Below, one piece after another: positions 17,946 through 27,046 of a DNA stretch of 39,654 nt. The stretch's first letter is position 1. Each line of letters begins with the position of its first letter. This DNA comes from Methanobacteriota archaeon (GTDB taxonomy: Archaea > Hydrothermarchaeota > Hydrothermarchaeia > Hydrothermarchaeales > BMS3B), in NCBI GenBank assembly GCA_003229935.1, contig QIGD01000012.1, positions 1 to 39,654 on the forward strand, given 5' to 3'. The notes beneath the pieces were generated by a model. The model did not search any database. It had not been told where the DNA came from and saw only the letters and a program-made list of their open reading frames with translations. The position numbers were made by a program, and so were the translations under genes.

Positions 17946-19028
17946 TTATTTTACAGACTCTGCTATTTTCTCCATATATTTTTTAGATAACTGGGAAGTA
18001 AGTACAAACACCATATTGTTTGAAGTCCAGCTTAGCACGCTGACGCTGCTGCCCTTGATGGTGTTGACAGAAGAATAGTAGTAACCTTTGTTACCATTGA
18101 TATTGACTACCTCTGCACTATGGATGGGGAGGGGTTTTGTCCCCTTATTCTCTGAGAAATGTAGTGGGAACTTGCTGCCCGCTTTCTTATATATAATGGC
18201 AACAATCTTATCAAAAACTATTGCATTGCTGAATTTATATCCCTCTGGCAGATAGCCTGGAGTGAGTATAGTAAAATTCACCTTTTTCTGGGCTTCCCGC
18301 AGAGTTATATTCTCAGGCTTCTTCAGAGTGAGCGTCACAGAGCCTCCTACATTCACGACGTTTTTCACGACTTTGGCGCCCTTGGGTATAATATATTGAA
18401 AGTAGCTGTCTGGTACATTCTTGTTGAACTCGAGGTTTTCATATAACACAGTGGTCTGTATAGTCTCGTTTAAGTATTTCATTTCTGTTTCAACCTTCAC
18501 TGGCACCCAGTATTTCTGGTCAACCCAGAGCTTCTCTGTAATTAATGATTTTTCAGTTTTATTTTTTGGCACTAATTCGAGAATGTATGTATCCCTGCCA
18601 GCTATTTTTCCTGTGCCAAGAAGCTTGATATTGAATCTCTCCATCATGTTCTTTATTATTGCCTCAAAGCCTATCCTGGATTTTTCGAACTTGGGGAGTT
18701 TCGTAATCAGGACTTCGTTTTTCTCAGGGAGATAAGTCCACATAGTAGTACCATTGGATACAAACGTCACAACGCCTGTCTCTCTGTTTTTATACCAGAA
18801 CTTGTCGGGTTTCTTTATCTTAATGTCACTTTCTGTTACTTTACTCTTACCATTAACAATAGTAGTCACAACAATAGTGGCCTGATAGTCATTTATGGCA
18901 TTGGATTTCTCCTGCATTTTCTGGACTATACCTCCAGCACTCATAGAGGTCAGGCTGGTACATCCAGCTGATACGACCACAAGCACCAATACTCCAATAA
19001 AAGAAATGGTTTTATACTTTATTTTCAA
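17946..19028 (-). CDS. LolA-like / DUF4367-type lipoprotein
   Basis: Lipobox SAGC; KKPDKF, VSNGTTMWTY, KLWVD..WVPVK; C-terminal FTILTPGYLPEGY domain. Confidence 0.8.
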   Translation of the reverse strand: MKIKYKTISFIGVLVLVVVSAGCTSLTSMSAGGIVQKMQEKSNAINDYQATIVVTTIVNGKSKVTESDIKIKKPDKFWYKNRETGVVTFVSNGTTMWTYLPEKNEVLITKLPKFEKSRIGFEAIIKNMMERFNIKLLGTGKIAGRDTYILELVPKNKTEKSLITEKLWVDQKYWVPVKVETEMKYLNETIQTTVLYENLEFNKNVPDSYFQYIIPKGAKVVKNVVNVGGSVTLTLKKPENITLREAQKKVNFTILTPGYLPEGYKFSNAIVFDKIVAIIYKKAGSKFPLHFSENKGTKPLPIHSAEVVNINGNKGYYYSSVNTIKGSSVSVLSWTSNNMVFVLTSQLSKKYMEKIAESVK

Positions 19029-19104
19029 ACTTACGTCCCCTTAACTTTCCCATAATTTATGTCACGTTTCATCATATAAATACTTTTTTGAATATAATAT
19101 GCAA

Positions 19105-19219
19105 TGTGCTATCCTGAAACTATTTCCCCATTATTTTTATAAAGGATGCATGGCCAAACTTACCCAACAGAATATCAAGTGGATTATTCAACATAAGGAA
19201 CGAGGCGAACTAAGCAGAA
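19105..19219 (+). pseudogene. 5' stub of an IS481-like element (TGT end + first 23 codons of transposase)
   Basis: TGTGCTATCCTGAAACTATTTCCCCA then ATG 19150 MAKLTQQNIKWIIQHKERGELSR, resembling archaeal IS481-type N-termini; family from memory. Confidence 0.5.
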
Positions 19220-19390
19220 CTGACATACTCCCACGACTAAAGGGGGTTCTACGCTACGTCAGGTTGTGTGAAAATTCATGTTTATATGGAAAACAAACAA
19301 GATATGTCCTTTAAATTAAAAATATGGCAGGAGATTCAGAAAATTTATAGTTTTCACAGAGTCTGACGTGGGCTTTCTGCTTAAAATATC
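19220..19390 (-). mobile_element. Collapsed IS605-type hairpin element interrupted by a MITE
   Basis: Plus strand CTGACATACTCCCACGACTAAAG at left, CGTGGGCTTTCTGCTTAAAATATC|GTAA at right, same layout as 3182-3227. Confidence 0.7.
19260..19365. mobile_element. 106-bp MITE with imperfect 15-bp TIRs and ACGT duplication
   Basis: ACGT|CAGGTTGTGTGAAAA ... TTTTCACAGAGTCTG|ACGT (12/15 match). Confidence 0.7.
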
Positions 19391-19405
19391 GTAAGTTTTT
19401 GAAAA

Positions 19406-20044
19406 TTATAAACTCTTGGCTATCTTTATGAATCTCTCAAGCTTCTCAGGGTCCTTCCTACCAGGGTGCGATTCCACACCAGATGAAACATCAACAGCAA
19501 ATGGCTTTACAGCTTCTATAGCTTCTGCAACGTTATTCGGAGTAAGACCACCTGCAAGAATTACAGGTTTATCCAGAGAAACTACAATCTCCCTAGCAAT
19601 ATCCCAGTCCAGAGTCTTTCCAGACCCACCTCCTGTTTTAGAAGGTGTGTCAAGAAGTATGGCATCTACCCAGCGTTGATACCTTTTTGCCTCTTTTATG
19701 CTCTGTTCATCTTCTACATGTATAGTTTTTATAATATTGCAGGGAACATTTGTTTTTATCTCATGAATGAACTTTGGCTCCACATTGTTATGAATCTGTA
19801 AAAACTCAGGACGTAGTTTAATATACAGGTCCAGAGCTTCTTTGATACTCTGCGGCATTATAACAACCACACCAGCGGTGGTGAAGGGGAGCTCTTCAAA
19901 GATTGTAACAGCTTTTTCAGGGTCAACATTCCTTGGCGTATCCACAGGTACATCAACTATAATTCCAACATAATCTGCACCAAGTTGTGCAGCCAGTTCT
20001 ATATCTTCAAGATTTGTGTTTCCACATATTTTAACTCTGGCCAT
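19406..20044 (-). CDS. trpF: Phosphoribosylanthranilate isomerase
   Basis: VKICG, LLD..GGSGKTLDW, LAGGLTPNNV, VDVSSGVE. Confidence 0.96.
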   Translation of the reverse strand: MARVKICGNTNLEDIELAAQLGADYVGIIVDVPVDTPRNVDPEKAVTIFEELPFTTAGVVVIMPQSIKEALDLYIKLRPEFLQIHNNVEPKFIHEIKTNVPCNIIKTIHVEDEQSIKEAKRYQRWVDAILLDTPSKTGGGSGKTLDWDIAREIVVSLDKPVILAGGLTPNNVAEAIEAVKPFAVDVSSGVESHPGRKDPEKLERFIKIAKSL

Positions 20045-20152
20045 GAATATGCCTCTACCAGAGTCAAGAAGTTAGCATATTAAAAGAGATTGAAATAGTT
20101 GATTTCTGGCATAACTTTATATTGCCTGTTGATAAACTTCAGATTGATTATT

Positions 20153-20881
20153 ATGAAGCTAATCAGCAAAATTCCGGCAGTGTGTGCAAGCATAATAGAG
20201 TACAATATTGAAGATTTCTTGAGAAGCGTGAGACAGGTAGAAGGGGCAGATTTCATCGAAATAAGAGCTGACGGCCTAAAAGTAAATAGCCCAAGAGAAT
20301 ATCTGCCCGAGACCAAGAGGCTTCTTAACAATGTTAAAGCCCAGAGTGAACTTCCAGTACTTTTAACTGTAAGAACTGAAAAAGATGGTGGAGTTTTCAC
20401 AGGTAGTGAAAGTGAAAGAGCAAGAGTTCTAATGGGATCCATGAAACTTGTTGACAGTATAGATATAGAGCTAAGAATGCAATCAGACATGCAAGATGAA
20501 ATTGTTAAAGAGGCAAGGAAGAACAGGGTAGATATTATAATCTCATACCATAACTTCAACTCAACACCTGAGGTTGAAACACTTCTGAGCATTCTCGAGA
20601 AAGAAGAAAGCGAAGGAGCAACTATAGCAAAAGTTGCAGTAAGGGCTAATTCAGAAAAGGATGTCCTTGTATTATTGAATATACTACAGGCTGCAAAGGA
20701 AAGAATAAATATCCCAGTTATTGGAATTTCTCTTGGTAGAAAAGGAAGGATTTCAAGAGTGGCAGCACCTTTACTTGGTTCAATTGCCACCTATGGATAT
20801 GTAAACAGAAAAACAGCGCCAGGACAGATTGAAGTTAAAAAATTGAAAGAAATTATTGAACTGATGGAACTGATGAAGTGA
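20153..20881 (+). CDS. aroD: Type I 3-dehydroquinate dehydratase
   Basis: EIRAD, TVRT..DGG, IISYHNF..TP, ISR, TAPGQ. Confidence 0.93.
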   Translation: MKLISKIPAVCASIIEYNIEDFLRSVRQVEGADFIEIRADGLKVNSPREYLPETKRLLNNVKAQSELPVLLTVRTEKDGGVFTGSESERARVLMGSMKLVDSIDIELRMQSDMQDEIVKEARKNRVDIIISYHNFNSTPEVETLLSILEKEESEGATIAKVAVRANSEKDVLVLLNILQAAKERINIPVIGISLGRKGRISRVAAPLLGSIATYGYVNRKTAPGQIEVKKLKEIIELMELMK

Positions 20882-20882
20882 A

Positions 20883-21740
20883 ATGTGCAGTGTAAATTCA
20901 AAAACAAGGGTTTTTGCAGTTATAGGTTCTCCCATTGAGCATAGTATATCACCAGAAATCCATAACTCCAGCTTTTCAGAGCTTAAGCTTAACTGTATAT
21001 ATGTTGCATACAGAGTTGAAAGATTATATCTTAGGGAGGCTATCGAAGGCTTCAAAGCACTAGGTTACTCAGGAGTAAATGTAACTATTCCCCACAAGAT
21101 TGAGGTTATAAGATATCTTGAGGAGATTTCTCCTGAAGCCAGAATAATAGGCGCAGTAAATACAATTGTATTCAAAAATAACAGGGCTACAGGCTACAAT
21201 ACTGATGCCACAGGTGCTCTTCTAGCCCTGAGGGAAGCCAGAATTAAAGTTAGAAATAGCAAAGTGATAATTCTGGGCTATGGAGGAGCAGCAAGAGCTA
21301 TTGCAATCACCCTTGCCATGAGAGGTAATATTGAAAGTATAGCCATAGCAGGAAGAAATGTTAAGAAAGCAGGAGCTCTGGCAGAGGATATAAAAAAGCT
21401 GGGTCTTCCTGCTCAATCCTACAGTATAACGGGCGTTGAGAATGCCATCAAAGACAGCAATATTCTCATCAATAGCACGCCTGTTGGTATGAGTCCTAAA
21501 ACAGAAGAAACGCTTATAACCAGAGAAAAACTCCATTCAGAGCTTGCTGTTATGGACATTGTTTATACTCCCCTTGAAACCAGACTTCTTAAAGAGGCAA
21601 AAAAAGCAGGATGCAGAACTGTAGATGGGCTTGGAATGCTGATACAGCAGGCTGCTGAAGCTGAAAGACTCTGGCTTGGAGTTGAGCCTGATATTTCAGT
21701 TATGAGGAATGCCGCCCTGAAGGCTCTGAAGCTTTCCTAG
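20883..21740 (+). CDS. aroE: Shikimate dehydrogenase
   Basis: HSISP, NVTIPHK, GAVNT, YNTD, GYGGAARA, DGLGML. Confidence 0.96.
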   Translation: MCSVNSKTRVFAVIGSPIEHSISPEIHNSSFSELKLNCIYVAYRVERLYLREAIEGFKALGYSGVNVTIPHKIEVIRYLEEISPEARIIGAVNTIVFKNNRATGYNTDATGALLALREARIKVRNSKVIILGYGGAARAIAITLAMRGNIESIAIAGRNVKKAGALAEDIKKLGLPAQSYSITGVENAIKDSNILINSTPVGMSPKTEETLITREKLHSELAVMDIVYTPLETRLLKEAKKAGCRTVDGLGMLIQQAAEAERLWLGVEPDISVMRNAALKALKLS

Positions 21741-22553
21741 CTTAAGACTCATATCTATCCATCTGGCTGCCGTTGTTATATAACTCAAGGAGATAATATC
21801 AGGTTTAAGCTTGGCATAGCTATTAAGATTCTCAATTGTTATTCCTCCTGAAACCTCAACTGTTACATCATGATCAGACTGATTTATCAGAAGAAGCGCA
21901 TGTTCCACCTGCTCTGGAGTAAAGTTATCCAGCATAACTATGTCTGCACCGGCAATACAGGCTTTAACAGCTTCTTCGGCTGATGCCACCTCAACCTCAA
22001 CTTTCTTTGTAAAGTTTTCTTTTGCTCTGGCTATGGCACCTTCAAGTTCTACAAGAACCAGATGGTTATCCTTTATAAGAATCAAATCATCAAGATGAAA
22101 TCTATGGGTCAAACCCCCACCAAGTTTTACAGCCTTCTTCTCAAAGTAACCAAAGCCAGGTGTGGTCTTCCTTGTGCATGCAACCCTTACCCCATACCTA
22201 TCTGCAATTTCCACAGCTCTTTTTGTTGTTGTTGCTATTCCACTCATTTTCATAAAAATATTCAGAAGAACTCTCTCAATATTGAGTATGGATTTAGCCC
22301 TGCCCGAGATTTCAAGTAAAACCTCTCCCTTTTCAAAGGCTTTTCCATCATCTCTCTTCTGGCTGAAACAAAGACCAAAGTGCTCCAGAAGCAATAATGC
22401 TTCCTCCATACCTGCAAGAACACCAGCCTCTTTTGCTAGAATCACAGCTTCAGCATCACTTTCCCCTATAATGCTATCTGTTGTAATATCGCCATAACCC
22501 AAGTCATCTCTGAGATACGACAGCAACCTTTCAATAATAATCACATCTTCCAT
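21696..22553 (-). CDS. nadC: Quinolinate phosphoribosyltransferase
   Basis: GDITT, TRKTTPG, HR..L.D..LIKDNH, EVEV, MLDNF, EVSGGI. Confidence 0.95.
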   Translation of the reverse strand: MEDVIIIERLLSYLRDDLGYGDITTDSIIGESDAEAVILAKEAGVLAGMEEALLLLEHFGLCFSQKRDDGKAFEKGEVLLEISGRAKSILNIERVLLNIFMKMSGIATTTKRAVEIADRYGVRVACTRKTTPGFGYFEKKAVKLGGGLTHRFHLDDLILIKDNHLVLVELEGAIARAKENFTKKVEVEVASAEEAVKACIAGADIVMLDNFTPEQVEHALLLINQSDHDVTVEVSGGITIENLNSYAKLKPDIISLSYITTAARWIDMSLKLGKLQSLQGGIPHN

Positions 22554-22595
22554 AGTATCACAATCTTTTTATTATTCTTTAGGTATAATAAAACT

Positions 22596-23108
22596 ATGCG
22601 TGCTCTTCTTGTCATTGATATGCTCAGGGATTTTATTTACAAAGATTGTGTTCTTCCAGTTAATGGGGCTAAGAAGTTAATACCTCCAATAAATTATAAA
22701 ATCATAGAATTTAGAGAAATAAATGAGCCTATAATCTTCATATGTGATTCTCACGATGAGATGGACGAGGAGTTTGATGTGTGGGGAAAGCATGCTGTTG
22801 AAGGCACTGAAGGAGCAGAAATTATTGATGAGCTTGACAGAAGAGAATATGATATAGTCGTGACTAAAAAGAGGTTTTCTGCTTTTTACAATACAGATTT
22901 AGAAAGAATTCTCAAAGGTCTTAATGTAGATACTCTTGTAATTACAGGAGTGGTCACAGACATATGTATTCTTCACACTGCAGCTGATGCTACCATGAGA
23001 GGCTTCAAGGTGATAGTGCCTGAAAACTGTGTTGCCACAGTTGATGAGGAAAAACAGAAATGGGCTCTCAGGCATATTAAAGAGGTTCTAGATGGCAGAA
23101 TTGATTAA
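22596..23108 (+). CDS. pncA: Nicotinamidase / isochorismatase-family cysteine hydrolase
   Basis: VIDM..DF, DSH, WGKHA, KKRFSAF, GVVTDIC. Confidence 0.8.
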   Translation: MRALLVIDMLRDFIYKDCVLPVNGAKKLIPPINYKIIEFREINEPIIFICDSHDEMDEEFDVWGKHAVEGTEGAEIIDELDRREYDIVVTKKRFSAFYNTDLERILKGLNVDTLVITGVVTDICILHTAADATMRGFKVIVPENCVATVDEEKQKWALRHIKEVLDGRID

Positions 23109-23113
23109 TAAGA

Positions 23114-23380
23114 GTCAATCATCCACGGCTAAAGCACATGGCTTGTCTCGTAAGAGACGAGAGTAACAGGTTGATTAGGAGGCATTGTAAAATATGCAGA
23201 AGTTATTGGTAGAGTTCAAGAATACATCAAGGAATGATTCTCAAGTCCCCTGCTCTGTAAGTAGAGCATTAAACAGAGAGGAAACTCTAAGTATGCCTCA
23301 CATAGTACTGACCAATAACAACTCCGAAGAAGACCTACTCTCTGGCAAGAGAGGACAGGACTTGAGATTCCCTGTCATAA
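23114..23380 (+). ncRNA. omegaRNA / HEARO-like RNA scaffold (guide = flank ~23098-23113); 3' boundary approximate
   Basis: Stems GTTATTGGT/ACCAATAAC, AGAG-GAAA-CTCT, CTCTCT-GGCA-AGAGAG, TCTC-GTAA-GAGA; covaries with copy A. Confidence 0.8.
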
Positions 23381-23549
23381 ACATGCAACCCCAACTGATA
23401 CATGATAGTGCTAGGAACATTGAGCAGGTTGAAATACCTGCTGGTTTGGATTGGATTAAGATTCTTTTTATGTTATATAATTTCAAAATTTGTGTGGTAG
23501 GGCAATTCCTTCCACCCCTGAAGGGGGTGGGTATCTTTGCCTAGATTTG
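23114..23549 (+). mobile_element. Non-autonomous IscB-type element, copy B
   Basis: Begins GTCAATCA; homologous to copy A up to AACATGCA; terminal hairpin CCACCCCT-GAA-GGGGGTGG (23512-23530); followed by ACGA (cf. ATGA). Confidence 0.87.
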
Positions 23550-23822
23550 ACGAAGTCGGAGAGGCTCTTAGCAAAGTAATAAGTATAATGCATTCTAAAA
23601 GTATAGTTGAGCTTGATATGGTGGAAGCAGTGAATATAGATGGGAATAGTGTTTATGTCAAACTGAGACCTCCCGAAAATTGCCTCTGTCCCTATCCTTT
23701 CTTCCTTGCAGCACTTGCAGAAAAGAGAATTAAAAAGATTGAAAATGTGGATAAAGTTAGGGTAGATGTGATTCTAAAATAAACCGGACAAAAATTAACA
23801 CTTTTTAAAGAAAGAGAAGAAG

Positions 23823-24407
23823 TTAATCCTCTGCAAACTCTTCTAGCGGAATAAAGTTCTCAATATCCTTTCCTCTTGCTTTAAAAATTTCTCTGGCAAG
23901 AATCCAGTAAATTATATTTAAGGCTTTCTTACCTTTATTGTTGGTGGGTATTATAATGTCAACACCCGAGGCAGAATTATCAGTATCACACAAAGAAACA
24001 ACAGGAATCCCTATATCAGCTGCTTCTTTAAGAGCCTGCTCATCACTCCTAGGGTCAGTTGCAAGAAGTATTTCAGGTTCTATGAAGTCTTCAAAATTTG
24101 GATTTGTAAGCGTTCCTGGTATAAATCTCCCTGAAACATGCATGCATCCTACTAATTTAGCAAACTTTTCTATAGGCTTCTGACCATACTGCCTTCTTGA
24201 TACCACAAGAATCTTTTCTGGATTGAATCTGAGAAGAAAATTTGCTACCAGAAAAATTCTCTCATCAGTAGCTTTAACATCAAGAACATAAAGACCATCA
24301 GGTCTGACTTTATATATATAATTCTTCATATCTGCAGTCTTCTGCTGGGTACCTATATGAATTCCTGCAGCAAGATAGTTATCAAGGTTGGTAAGCTTTG
24401 TTTCCAT
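23823..24407 (-). CDS. rps2: 30S ribosomal protein S2
   Basis: [31 protein letters not shown]. Confidence 0.98.
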   Translation of the reverse strand: METKLTNLDNYLAAGIHIGTQQKTADMKNYIYKVRPDGLYVLDVKATDERIFLVANFLLRFNPEKILVVSRRQYGQKPIEKFAKLVGCMHVSGRFIPGTLTNPNFEDFIEPEILLATDPRSDEQALKEAADIGIPVVSLCDTDNSASGVDIIIPTNNKGKKALNIIYWILAREIFKARGKDIENFIPLEEFAED

Positions 24408-24418
24408 TCCATTCCTCC

Positions 24419-25666
24419 TTATAATTTTGGTAATACTGCCATTCGGGCTCTCCCACCTAATTCTTCTGAAATCCTGATAAGTTCATTCAACTTTGCAATT
24501 CTTTCGCCACCAACTGTACCTGCCTTAATTATAGATATTCCAAAGGCTACAGCAAGGTGAGCTATAGTATCATCTGTAGTTTCACCAGAGCGATGGGAAA
24601 TTACAGGTGTCATCTTCTCTTTTTTGGCAAGGTTAACAGCCTTATAAGTTCCAGAAAGTGTACCGCATTGATTAGGTTTTATAAGAACTGCATTGGTTGA
24701 ATTGAGTTCTATGCCCATCTTAATTCTATCAACATTTGTAACATATAAATCATCACCGCACACTATACAGTCAACCCTAGAGGTAAGCTTTCCAAAGGCT
24801 TCAAAATCTTCCTCATCAAAAGGGTCTTCCACAAAGAAGAGATTATATTCTCCCACAAGGTCTACCATATAATCAATCTGCTCCTCTGTACTCCTTTCCT
24901 TACCTTCTCGTTTATAAATATAAGCTTTCTTCTTTTCACTGTATAACTCGCTGGCTGCAATATCTATACCCATACGAACTTCAACGCCTGTTTCACTTTT
25001 AACATTATCACAGACATCTACAAGAATATCAAGAGCCTCTCTATCACCAACATCAGGTGCCCAAGCACTTTCATCACCCTTGCCAAGATTGGATTTGTAT
25101 TTTTTTGCTATGTATTCTTTAATCTTCCTGTGCACCATAGCATTGGTGGCAACTGCTTCGGTAATATCTCTAGCACCTACAGGTATAACAAGAAATTCCT
25201 GAATATCAGTAGCCTTCTGGGCATGAACACCGCCACCAATTACATTACCAATAGGATAGGGTAGTTCACTTGAAAGACTCCCACCTAGAAACTGATAAAG
25301 GGGTAAACCATAACTAGCTGCAGCAGCCTTTGCAGTGGCAAGAGATACAGCAACAGCAGTATTTCCACCTATATTTGAGAAGTTTCCAGTGCCATCAAGC
25401 TCGCTGAGAATAGAGTCAATCTCATCCTGATCCGAGGCATCCATACCTCTGAGTTCAGGTGCTATTGTTTCTTCAACTTCAATAATAGCCTTGTCAACCC
25501 CTCCATCAGGAAAGGCAACAACTTCATGTTTACCTGTGCTTGCACCACTTGGCGCTGCCACTCTGCCAAGCCCCAGCCTAGTATAAATGTCAACTTCAAT
25601 TGTGAAATTACCTCTGGAATTAAGAATTTTCCTAGCAACAACATCTTCAATAAGGTCTGGATTCAT
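24419..25666 (-). CDS. eno: Enolase
   Basis: [42 protein letters not shown]. Confidence 0.97.
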   Translation of the reverse strand: MNPDLIEDVVARKILNSRGNFTIEVDIYTRLGLGRVAAPSGASTGKHEVVAFPDGGVDKAIIEVEETIAPELRGMDASDQDEIDSILSELDGTGNFSNIGGNTAVAVSLATAKAAAASYGLPLYQFLGGSLSSELPYPIGNVIGGGVHAQKATDIQEFLVIPVGARDITEAVATNAMVHRKIKEYIAKKYKSNLGKGDESAWAPDVGDREALDILVDVCDNVKSETGVEVRMGIDIAASELYSEKKKAYIYKREGKERSTEEQIDYMVDLVGEYNLFFVEDPFDEEDFEAFGKLTSRVDCIVCGDDLYVTNVDRIKMGIELNSTNAVLIKPNQCGTLSGTYKAVNLAKKEKMTPVISHRSGETTDDTIAHLAVAFGISIIKAGTVGGERIAKLNELIRISEELGGRARMAVLPKL

Positions 25667-25866
25667 TGTACTTCACCCATTAACTTTTTTTCTGGCATGC
25701 TTCTCTTTACAGTCATAGGTATTATCCCTACATTAAGCTCCTTTATAGCTATTATTATAGGGTCAACTGAATTCTCTGACACTTTTATCATAGGGGGCGC
25801 CCCCATTGAAATCTGGAGTGCTCTTGCACCTATAATGCGAGCTCTTTCATATCTTGTAAGCTTCAA
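25663..25866 (-). CDS. rpoK: RNA polymerase subunit K (Rpo6)
   Basis: [21 protein letters not shown]. Confidence 0.97.
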   Translation of the reverse strand: MKLTRYERARIIGARALQISMGAPPMIKVSENSVDPIIIAIKELNVGIIPMTVKRSMPEKKLMGEVQ

Positions 25867-25904
25867 CTCATTACCTCCAAATCTTATATTTTAATGATTT
25901 TAAA

Positions 25905-25926
25905 GGAGAGCCCCGAAGAGCTCTCC
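25905..25926 (-). terminator. cUUCGg-capped hairpin downstream of tRNA-Pro (terminator or processing/stability element)
   Basis: Minus strand GGAGAGCTC-TTCG-GGGCTCTCC followed by TTT. Confidence 0.55.
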
Positions 25927-25931
25927 AGAAA

Positions 25932-26006
25932 TGGGGCCGCTGAGATTTGAACTCAGGTCACCAGCACCCCGAGCTGGTAGGATGGTCCAGGCTACCCTAC
26001 GGCCCC
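25932..26006 (-). tRNA. tRNA-Pro(GGG), no intron, CCA not encoded
   Basis: GGGGCCG/CGGCCCC acceptor stem, CCAGC-TCGGGGT-GCTGG anticodon arm, CTGAG-TTCAAAT-CTCAG T arm; usual position after rpoN. Confidence 0.95.
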
Positions 26007-26201
26007 TTTTTCCTGTAGTTTTATTACCTCATCTATGAAATCCCTATGGCTCAACATCATTCTCCTGCAACAGTATCTTGTCACTCCAATCTCCTCAAAA
26101 GCTTCTTTTGCATCCTTTCCCTGTCTGAGCTTCTCTGTAAACTCTTCATACTTATTGCCTATCACAGCACCACAGGAAAAACATCTCACAGGTATTATCA
26201 T
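25992..26201 (-). CDS. rpoN: RNA polymerase subunit N (Rpo10)
   Basis: MIIPVRCFSCG, RYCCRRM. Confidence 0.97.
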   Translation of the reverse strand: MIIPVRCFSCGAVIGNKYEEFTEKLRQGKDAKEAFEEIGVTRYCCRRMMLSHRDFIDEVIKLQEKGAVG

Positions 26202-26206
26202 AAATA

Positions 26207-26599
26207 TCACCTATAAGATTTCTGAACCTTAGCTCTTGCACCAGGCCCACCGTACTTCTTTGTCTCAACTCTTCTAGAGTCGCCCTTGAGTATAGTCTTG
26301 TCATAGCTCATAAAGATTTCTTTGAGTTTTGTGTTGTACTCTACAAGGGCCCTGCCGATTGCAGTTTTCGCAGCTTCTGCCTGACCCATGAAACCTCCAC
26401 CACTAACTTTGAGATTTATATCCACCTGATATCTTGAATCTCCTGCAAGCTCTAGAACCTCCATAATCTTCATCCTTGCCAGCTCTGGTTGATAAAGTTC
26501 TACAGGAACACTATTGATTCTTATCTTCCCCTTTCCCTCCTTCAGGGTGGCTTTTGCAATAGAAGTCTTTCTTTTTCCACTTTTCTGAATCAAAACCAT
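26207..26599 (-). CDS. rps9: 30S ribosomal protein S9
   Basis: [28 protein letters not shown]. Confidence 0.98.
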   Translation of the reverse strand: MVLIQKSGKRKTSIAKATLKEGKGKIRINSVPVELYQPELARMKIMEVLELAGDSRYQVDINLKVSGGGFMGQAEAAKTAIGRALVEYNTKLKEIFMSYDKTILKGDSRRVETKKYGGPGARAKVQKSYR

Positions 26600-26609
26600 C
26601 AATATCACC

Positions 26610-27041
26610 TCAGAACCTAGCACCTAAAAGTTTGCTCAGTTCTCCCAGCTTAATATATTTCGGAACGCTAAGCTTCTTATATGTTGAACCTTCCAGTACA
26701 ATCTTTGCTGTATCAGAATACTCTTCAGGAATACCTACATAAACTTTAAGTCTCTTATAAGCTTTTCTACCCCTTTCCTGCTTGTATGGCACCATACCTC
26801 TGACAGTCCTCTTAATTATTCTATCTGGGCGTTTCGGGAAAAAGGGACCATGTCTTGCCGGATTCACAAGACTTCTCCTGTTTATCCTGTGCATATATTT
26901 TTCAAGGATATTTTTTTTATTACCTGTTATTATAGCTTCTTCAGCATTAACAACAATCACATCTTCATTATTAAGGATAGCTTTGGCTACATTACTTGCA
27001 AGCCTTCCAAGAACAACCCCTGACGCATCGAATATCTTCAT
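26610..27041 (-). CDS. rpl13: 50S ribosomal protein L13
   Basis: [25 protein letters not shown]. Confidence 0.98.
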   Translation of the reverse strand: MKIFDASGVVLGRLASNVAKAILNNEDVIVVNAEEAIITGNKKNILEKYMHRINRRSLVNPARHGPFFPKRPDRIIKRTVRGMVPYKQERGRKAYKRLKVYVGIPEEYSDTAKIVLEGSTYKKLSVPKYIKLGELSKLLGARF

Positions 27042-27046
27042 GAGAA

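Larger units (their letters stand above)
23092..23782 (+). pseudogene. DUF59 (SufT/PaaD-like) metal-sulfur cluster protein interrupted after codon 7
   Basis: GAGGT + ATG 23092; joining 23113 to 23550 restores MAELINKNEVGEALSKV..SIVELDMV..CLCP; alternative TTG start at 23537 inside the element end. Confidence 0.7.

Noticed and set aside
19099..19314. 71-aa ORF as a real gene (likewise 12432-12662)
   Set aside because: Chimeric read-through across junctions of nested mobile remnants
20080..20790. 236-aa antisense ORF and similar shadow ORFs (e.g. 9856-10389, 15135-15551)
   Set aside because: Lie opposite well-supported genes and show antisense-type composition
21696..21740. 45-nt convergent overlap of aroE and nadC
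   Set aside because: Short tail overlaps are common in compact archaeal genomes
25060..25085. Enolase GDES instead of GDEG
   Set aside because: Catalytic Glu and other motifs are intact; a single substitution is not informative
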